A stretch of DNA of 64,000 nt. It comes from an uncultured Verrucomicrobiae bacterium (GTDB taxonomy: Bacteria; Verrucomicrobiota; Verrucomicrobiia; Chthoniobacterales; UBA10450). The notes beneath the pieces were generated by a model, which saw only the letters and a program-made list of their open reading frames with translations, was not told the origin of the DNA and ran no database searches. The DNA is taken from NCBI GenBank assembly GCA_963772365.1, contig CAVYXA010000003.1, positions 192,001 through 256,000 on the forward strand, given 5' to 3'. The position numbers and the translations under genes are program-made. This document shows positions 59,195-64,000 of this stretch, piece by piece; within the stretch, counting starts at the first letter, position 1; the number at the start of each line of letters is the position of its first letter.

Positions 59195-61003
59195 TCACAC
59201 CATCGGCCTGAATCTCCCGACGACTTCCTGTAATCTCCCCGTGATTTGACCTAGCGAACAAATCTCGACTGCTTCGAGCAACGCAGGAAAACAGTTTTCC
59301 CTTCGATCGACAATTGCGGCCAGTTTGTCCAACGCGTGCTTCGATTTCTCCGCATTTTTCTTTTTGAATTTCGTGAGTCGATCAACCTGTAATTGTTGTT
59401 TCTTCCGCGGTGTCCGGGCCAGTTTCACTTCGGGAGCGTCATCACTGCCGTTGCGATATTTGTTCAGCGCGATGATCGGCCGCGCGCCGTCATAGATTTG
59501 CTGCTCATAGCGATGCGCGGCGTTTTGAATCTGGCTGCGCTGATACCGTTCTTCCACGGCTGCGAGGACGCCACCGAGACGTTCGATCTCGCGGAATTCA
59601 TCCAGAATCGCCGCCTCGACGGAGCGTTCGACTGCTTTCATCCCAGGCGAGCCGCTCAGCATATTCATCGTATGTTTGAAGATGCCGGATTCCTCGAGCA
59701 GGATCGCCTGGCCGTGCGCCGCCAGCCGGATCCATTCCTCGCTCGGCGTGGTGAATGGCTCGTCGGCGCTGTTGGAATGACAGGAATTGGTGGCATTCAT
59801 GTAAGCCAGCATCAACTCGGCTGCCGTGCGGGTGAGATTGTTTTTGAATTCGGCGGCGATCAGCGAGCGGCCGCTGGTTTGGGTGTGCAACTTGTAAAGC
59901 TGCGCCTTCGGTCCTGCGCCGAAGACATCGCGCATACCGATTGCCCAAATCCTGCGCGAAACGCGAGCCAGCGCGATGTATTCCACATCCAGTCCGCAAT
60001 CCAGAAAGAATGAGAGCCTCGGTCCGAACTGGTCCACCGGAATCCCGCGCGCCGCGAACATTTCCGCGTAAGCGAATCCGTTCGACAGTGTGTAAGCCGC
60101 CTGCTGCACCGGTGTCGAGCCGGCTTCGCCAATGTGATAACCGCTGATCGAGATCGGATACCAACGCGGCATCTCGCGGGTGGTGAACTCGACCATGTCG
60201 GTGAGAAACCGCAGCGACGGTTCGATTGGGAAAATTGTTTCGTTCTGGGCCTGAACTTCCTTGAAAATGTCGGCCTGAATCGTGCCGCGAAGTTTCGGGA
60301 CAACTTTCGACCCGAATCGCCGTTTGGCTGCGGCGATATACATCGCCATGATTATCGGCGCCGGACCGCTGATCGTCATCGACGCCGAGAAATTTGGCGA
60401 CCCGAGTTCGAAACCGCCGTAAAGCCGGACCATGTCTTCGACTGTGTCGATAGCCACGCCGCCTTCGCCGATCTTTCCGAAAACGCCGTCAGCGTCGCTG
60501 TCGATCCCGTAAAGCGTCGGACCGTCAAACGCGGTGCTGAGCCGATGGGTGCGCTGGTGCGCGGTCAAAAAATGGAAACGCTCGTTCGTGTCCTCGGCGA
60601 GCATGAGCCCGGAGAACAATCGTGTCGGTTCCTCCGCAGGCACGACTTTCCGGGCGGCTTTTCCATTTTTTGCTTTGCCATTCTTTTCCAGGCTTTCGAT
60701 TTCGCGGATCGGTTCGAGATACATTTCCCGGTATGCGCCATTCAAATATGGAAACTCGCCAGGAAGGCCATCTCCGAACAAATAGCGCGCGATCTCACCT
60801 GGTTCGTCGATCTCGGGCAAAGCGAGTCGCGGCAATGGCAAACCCGTCGGGGCGCGGCTGGTCGGAATTTTCGCTTTGATATCGTTCCACCGGCCGAGCA
60901 GATCGCGTCCGAATTGCTGATCGGTCCGCGCCCGTTTCACCTGGTCGAGCACGAAATGGTTGTACTTTTCAACCGATTCAACGACTTGTCCTAGCTTGCT
61001 CAT
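59195..61003 (-). CDS. Acyl-CoA mutase substrate-binding subunit (IcmF C-terminal half-like)
   Basis: LPGEFPY, EPTRLFSG, RLSTAFD, GTIQADIFKE, ISISGYHIGEAG, RLSFF and HTQTSGRSL motifs. Confidence 0.9.
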   Translation of the reverse strand: MSKLGQVVESVEKYNHFVLDQVKRARTDQQFGRDLLGRWNDIKAKIPTSRAPTGLPLPRLALPEIDEPGEIARYLFGDGLPGEFPYLNGAYREMYLEPIREIESLEKNGKAKNGKAARKVVPAEEPTRLFSGLMLAEDTNERFHFLTAHQRTHRLSTAFDGPTLYGIDSDADGVFGKIGEGGVAIDTVEDMVRLYGGFELGSPNFSASMTISGPAPIIMAMYIAAAKRRFGSKVVPKLRGTIQADIFKEVQAQNETIFPIEPSLRFLTDMVEFTTREMPRWYPISISGYHIGEAGSTPVQQAAYTLSNGFAYAEMFAARGIPVDQFGPRLSFFLDCGLDVEYIALARVSRRIWAIGMRDVFGAGPKAQLYKLHTQTSGRSLIAAEFKNNLTRTAAELMLAYMNATNSCHSNSADEPFTTPSEEWIRLAAHGQAILLEESGIFKHTMNMLSGSPGMKAVERSVEAAILDEFREIERLGGVLAAVEERYQRSQIQNAAHRYEQQIYDGARPIIALNKYRNGSDDAPEVKLARTPRKKQQLQVDRLTKFKKKNAEKSKHALDKLAAIVDRRENCFPALLEAVEICSLGQITGRLQEVVGRFRPMV

Positions 61004-62205
61004 TTTCGTCCTTTCGTTCGGCGCGACCGGCGGTCGCGTCCTACCAAATCGTTTCCAGATATTAGACTGAAGAGTTTATCCACGCCAGGGTCGCGGTGGC
61101 GTTTGGCCACGGTATCGATCAACCTCTGCGCGCGGCGGTTTTGTTCCAGCCTTTGTTCAATTTCGATGTGGGCCGTTTTCGCGCGTTGCAAATCGCTCTT
61201 GTTCACAACGACGATGTCAGCCAGATCGAGCATGACGATTTTCTGCAACTGGAGCCGGCTGCCGTAGTCCGGATTCATCACCAGCACAGTAAGATCGACA
61301 ATTCCATTTTTCTGAAACGGCATCGCTTCCTGTCCGGTGCCGACCGTTTCGATGATGACGTAATCGAAGCCCGAACGCGCCAGCAGACCGAGGCAATCAC
61401 GCGTGGCCGGTGAAAGGCCGCCGGCCTGGCCGCGGGTGGCCATACTGCGCATGAACACGCGGTCGTTTTGCGAATTAATCATGGTCGCGCGATCGCCCAG
61501 CAGCGCGCCTTCGCCGATTACGCTCGGATCATGCGACAAAATCGCCACGCGTGTTTTCTTGCTTTTGTTCAGAAACCGAAGCACCAACTCGTCGATCAAA
61601 GTCGTCTTTCCCGCTCCGCCCGGGCCAGTGAAACCGATGACTTCCGAATTACCGATTGAAAGCGGCGTCAAGCTGCCGCACTCCAAAGCGCGCTGGGCGC
61701 GCGAAATCTTTTGCGTTCGGCGTTTTCCGCTCGCTTCCTCAATCTCTGTGAGTTTGCGCGCGAGTTTCTGATCCGCAGATTCCGGCTTTGGACGTTTGGT
61801 TCGCGGTTTGCCGTAATGTTGATGAACAAATTTCACCATTGCTTCGAGCGATGTGCCCGCGAAGAAAATCCGATCCACGCCTTTGCGCTTCATAATGGCG
61901 GCGTCTTCCTGCGTGATGGTGCCGCCTCCACCTCCGAACACTTGGATGTCGCTCGCGCCTTTCTTGCGAAGAAGATCGACAACTTCCGCGAAGAACTCGA
62001 CGTGGCCGCCATTGTAACTGGAAATGCCGATTGCGCGCACATCTTCCTGGATGGCCGCGCGGACAATGTCGCCGACCGATCGATGATAGCCGAGATAAAC
62101 GACCTCGATCCCGTGCCGGATAAATTCGAGATTGATCGTGTTGATGGCGCTGTCGTGGCCATCGCAAATCGGGACAGCGGTCAGAATTCGAATCGGGGAA
62201 GCCAT
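61000..62205 (-). CDS. Cobalamin-binding domain + MeaB/MeaI GTPase (IcmF N-terminal half-like)
   Basis: DGHD, SSYNGGH and FGGGGG (B12 domain); GPGGAGKTT, LGDR, RSMATR, ETVGTGQ and NKSD (G-domain). Confidence 0.9.
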   Translation of the reverse strand: MASPIRILTAVPICDGHDSAINTINLEFIRHGIEVVYLGYHRSVGDIVRAAIQEDVRAIGISSYNGGHVEFFAEVVDLLRKKGASDIQVFGGGGGTITQEDAAIMKRKGVDRIFFAGTSLEAMVKFVHQHYGKPRTKRPKPESADQKLARKLTEIEEASGKRRTQKISRAQRALECGSLTPLSIGNSEVIGFTGPGGAGKTTLIDELVLRFLNKSKKTRVAILSHDPSVIGEGALLGDRATMINSQNDRVFMRSMATRGQAGGLSPATRDCLGLLARSGFDYVIIETVGTGQEAMPFQKNGIVDLTVLVMNPDYGSRLQLQKIVMLDLADIVVVNKSDLQRAKTAHIEIEQRLEQNRRAQRLIDTVAKRHRDPGVDKLFSLISGNDLVGRDRRSRRTKGRK

Positions 62206-62220
62206 GGGAAAAAGTCTAGC

Positions 62221-62260
62221 GTTGAACCGTTAAATCGTTAAATCGTTAAATCGTCAAATG
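62221..62260 (+). repeat. Tandem octamer repeat (GTTAAATC)x5, imperfect
   Basis: GTTGAACC GTTAAATC GTTAAATC GTTAAATC GTCAAATG. Confidence 0.85.
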
Positions 62261-63010
62261 TCTGATCTCGATTTCAGTGGCAAAGTTGTGCTCGTGACCG
62301 GCAGCTCCCGAGGGATTGGAGCGGAGATAATCAAGGCATTTGGGAAACGCGGCGCCCGATGCGTGGTGAATTATTTCACCGATCCGCAAGGTCAAAACAA
62401 GGCTGATGCTGAGGCGGTGGCTAAAGAACTGAACGATCCGCTGGTGATTGATTGCGATATCACGAAACCAGAGCAGGTCGAATCGATGATGAAACAAATC
62501 CAGGATCGACATGGCGGCCTGGATATTCTGGTCAATAATTCCGGCGTAATTGCCGATCGCACGATAAAGAAGATGTCGATGGAACAGTTCGAAGCTGTGA
62601 TTCGAGTAAATCTGGCCGGCACATTCAACGTGACCCAAAAGGCGATGTCGATTCTGCGCAGTAGCGGGCGCGTGATCAATCTGTCGTCGGTCAGTGGCCA
62701 GATGGGATTGTTCGGACAGGCCAATTATTCCTCGAGCAAAGCAGCCATTATCGCTCTCACCAAAGTTTCCGCGCGTGAGCTGGGTCGTCAGAACATCACC
62801 GTAAATGCAATCGCGCCCGGCTTCATCGATGTCGGGATGAGCAAAGGGATGCCGGATGAAGTGACTGAAAATTTCAAAAAGCAAATTCCGCTCGGCCGGC
62901 TCGGGGACGTGCATGAGATTGTCGATGCTGCGCTTTTTCTCGCTTCACCTATGGCGTCTTACATCACCGGTCATGTTTTGAATGTGAATGGCGGTTTCTA
63001 CATGGGCTAA
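62258..63010 (+). CDS. SDR family 3-oxoacyl-ACP / acetoacetyl-CoA reductase (FabG-like)
   Basis: TGSSRGIG, NNSG, GQANYSSSK, NAIAPGFI and IPLGRLG motifs. Confidence 0.92.
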   Translation: MSDLDFSGKVVLVTGSSRGIGAEIIKAFGKRGARCVVNYFTDPQGQNKADAEAVAKELNDPLVIDCDITKPEQVESMMKQIQDRHGGLDILVNNSGVIADRTIKKMSMEQFEAVIRVNLAGTFNVTQKAMSILRSSGRVINLSSVSGQMGLFGQANYSSSKAAIIALTKVSARELGRQNITVNAIAPGFIDVGMSKGMPDEVTENFKKQIPLGRLGDVHEIVDAALFLASPMASYITGHVLNVNGGFYMG

Positions 63011-63110
63011 CAACCATTCCGGTTGATAGATTGCTACTGAGCGTTGCCTGAGCGATAAAGACTGCCTGCCCGATTAACAGCTTGATCACCGAAGCATAAG
63101 GAGAGGTTCT

Positions 63111-64000
63111 ATGAAACTAAAACGTATTTTGAAATCCATAGTGAAGTGGACCTTCCGCCTGGTTTTGCTGGCTTTGGTCGCCGTGTTCCTATTGGTGTTT
63201 ATCGCCTATTGGCGATCAAGCAATGAGTGTGGCCACACTCCGACGCCAGCCAATCCGATGAAAGCGATTGTTTATTGCGACTACGGTTCGCCCGATGTTC
63301 TCAAGCTCGAGAACGTGGAGAAACCGACTCCGAAAGAGAACGAACTGCTGATAAAAGTTCGGGCTGCCTCGGTCAATCCGCTCGATTGGCATTTTCTCCA
63401 GGGAACGCCTTACATCATGCGCTTGCAGGGAGGCCTGCGAAAACCAAAGGACACCCGATTCGGTGTTGATTACGCCGGAACTGTCGAAGCAGTCGGAACG
63501 AACGTCTCTCAATTTAAGCCCGGCGACGATGTATTCGGCGGGCGTAGCGGCGCCTTTGCCGAATACATTTGTGCTCGCGCGGATCGAGGTGTGGCGCTGA
63601 AGCCGGCCAACATAACTTTCGAACAGGCAGCCTGTGTTCCAATCGCAGGAGTTACAGCGTTACAGGGTCTTCGCGATAAAGGACACGTTCACGCAGGCCA
63701 GAAGGTCTTGATCAACGGAGCGTCGGGCGGCGTGGGGACGTTTGCGGTGCAGATCGCAAAAAACCTTGGCGCCGAGGTGACGGGCGTGTGCAGTGGAAGA
63801 AATGTCGATCTTGTGCGCTCACTTGGCGCGGATCACGTGATCGATTACACCAAAGAGGATTTTACCAAGAGTGGCGAACGTTACGATGTGATCCTCGATA
63901 ACGTCGGCACGCAACCGCTTATTAGATTTAGGCGCGCCTTAAAACCGAACGGAATTTGTGTCCTGATCGGAGGCGGCGGGCCAAATGAAGGCCGCTGGAT
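63111..64000 (+). CDS. NAD(P)-dependent MDR oxidoreductase (quinone reductase-like) with N-terminal TM anchor, 3'-partial
   Basis: AAGGAGAGG SD; MKAIVY...YGSPDVL, AASVNPLDW and NGASGGVGTFAVQIAK; open to the window end. Confidence 0.9.
   Translation, partial: MKLKRILKSIVKWTFRLVLLALVAVFLLVFIAYWRSSNECGHTPTPANPMKAIVYCDYGSPDVLKLENVEKPTPKENELLIKVRAASVNPLDWHFLQGTPYIMRLQGGLRKPKDTRFGVDYAGTVEAVGTNVSQFKPGDDVFGGRSGAFAEYICARADRGVALKPANITFEQAACVPIAGVTALQGLRDKGHVHAGQKVLINGASGGVGTFAVQIAKNLGAEVTGVCSGRNVDLVRSLGADHVIDYTKEDFTKSGERYDVILDNVGTQPLIRFRRALKPNGICVLIGGGGPNEGRW

Noticed and set aside
62206..63110. Cobalamin riboswitch near the B12 mutase
   Set aside because: The spacers are short (52 and 100 bp) and no B12-box was recognisable.
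1..64000. tRNA/rRNA genes, integrases, transposases, prophage genes
   Set aside because: None recognised by eye or in the ORF track; tRNAscan or Infernal would be needed to exclude small RNAs.

Overview
64-kb bacterial chromosomal window. Gene content and repeat style suggest a soil Verrucomicrobium of the Chthoniobacterales / 'Ca. Udaeobacter' type (inference, not verified). Housekeeping and metabolic genes include hprK-ptsH-ptsI, speA, asnS, a thrC-like gene, surE, rpsO-pnp, prpD-prpB-prpC, a fused 3-oxoacid CoA-transferase, a split IcmF-like B12 mutase and a fabG-like SDR. They are interleaved with large secreted proteins. Five of these (one partial, two BNR/sialidase-fold paralogues, two S8 protease paralogues) end in the same Ig-like + dockerin-like module, and a sixth (LamG domains) ends in five 49-aa FG-GAP-like repeats. 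Two ~3-kb secreted-protein genes are each flanked by a duplicated fragment of the neighbouring gene (thrC 5' end; MFS 3' end), with no integrase or transposase in the window. Several families of REP-like palindromes occur between genes, some supply stop codons, and at least four lie in frame inside coding sequences. Also seen: a ~120-nt hairpin in the pnp leader, a GIY-YIG (Eco29kI-like) remnant inside the prp operon, and many genes with a -10-like box 6-8 nt before the start codon. Eight single-base frameshifts in five genes are most likely sequencing errors. No rRNA, tRNA, CRISPR array or intact mobile element was recognised.
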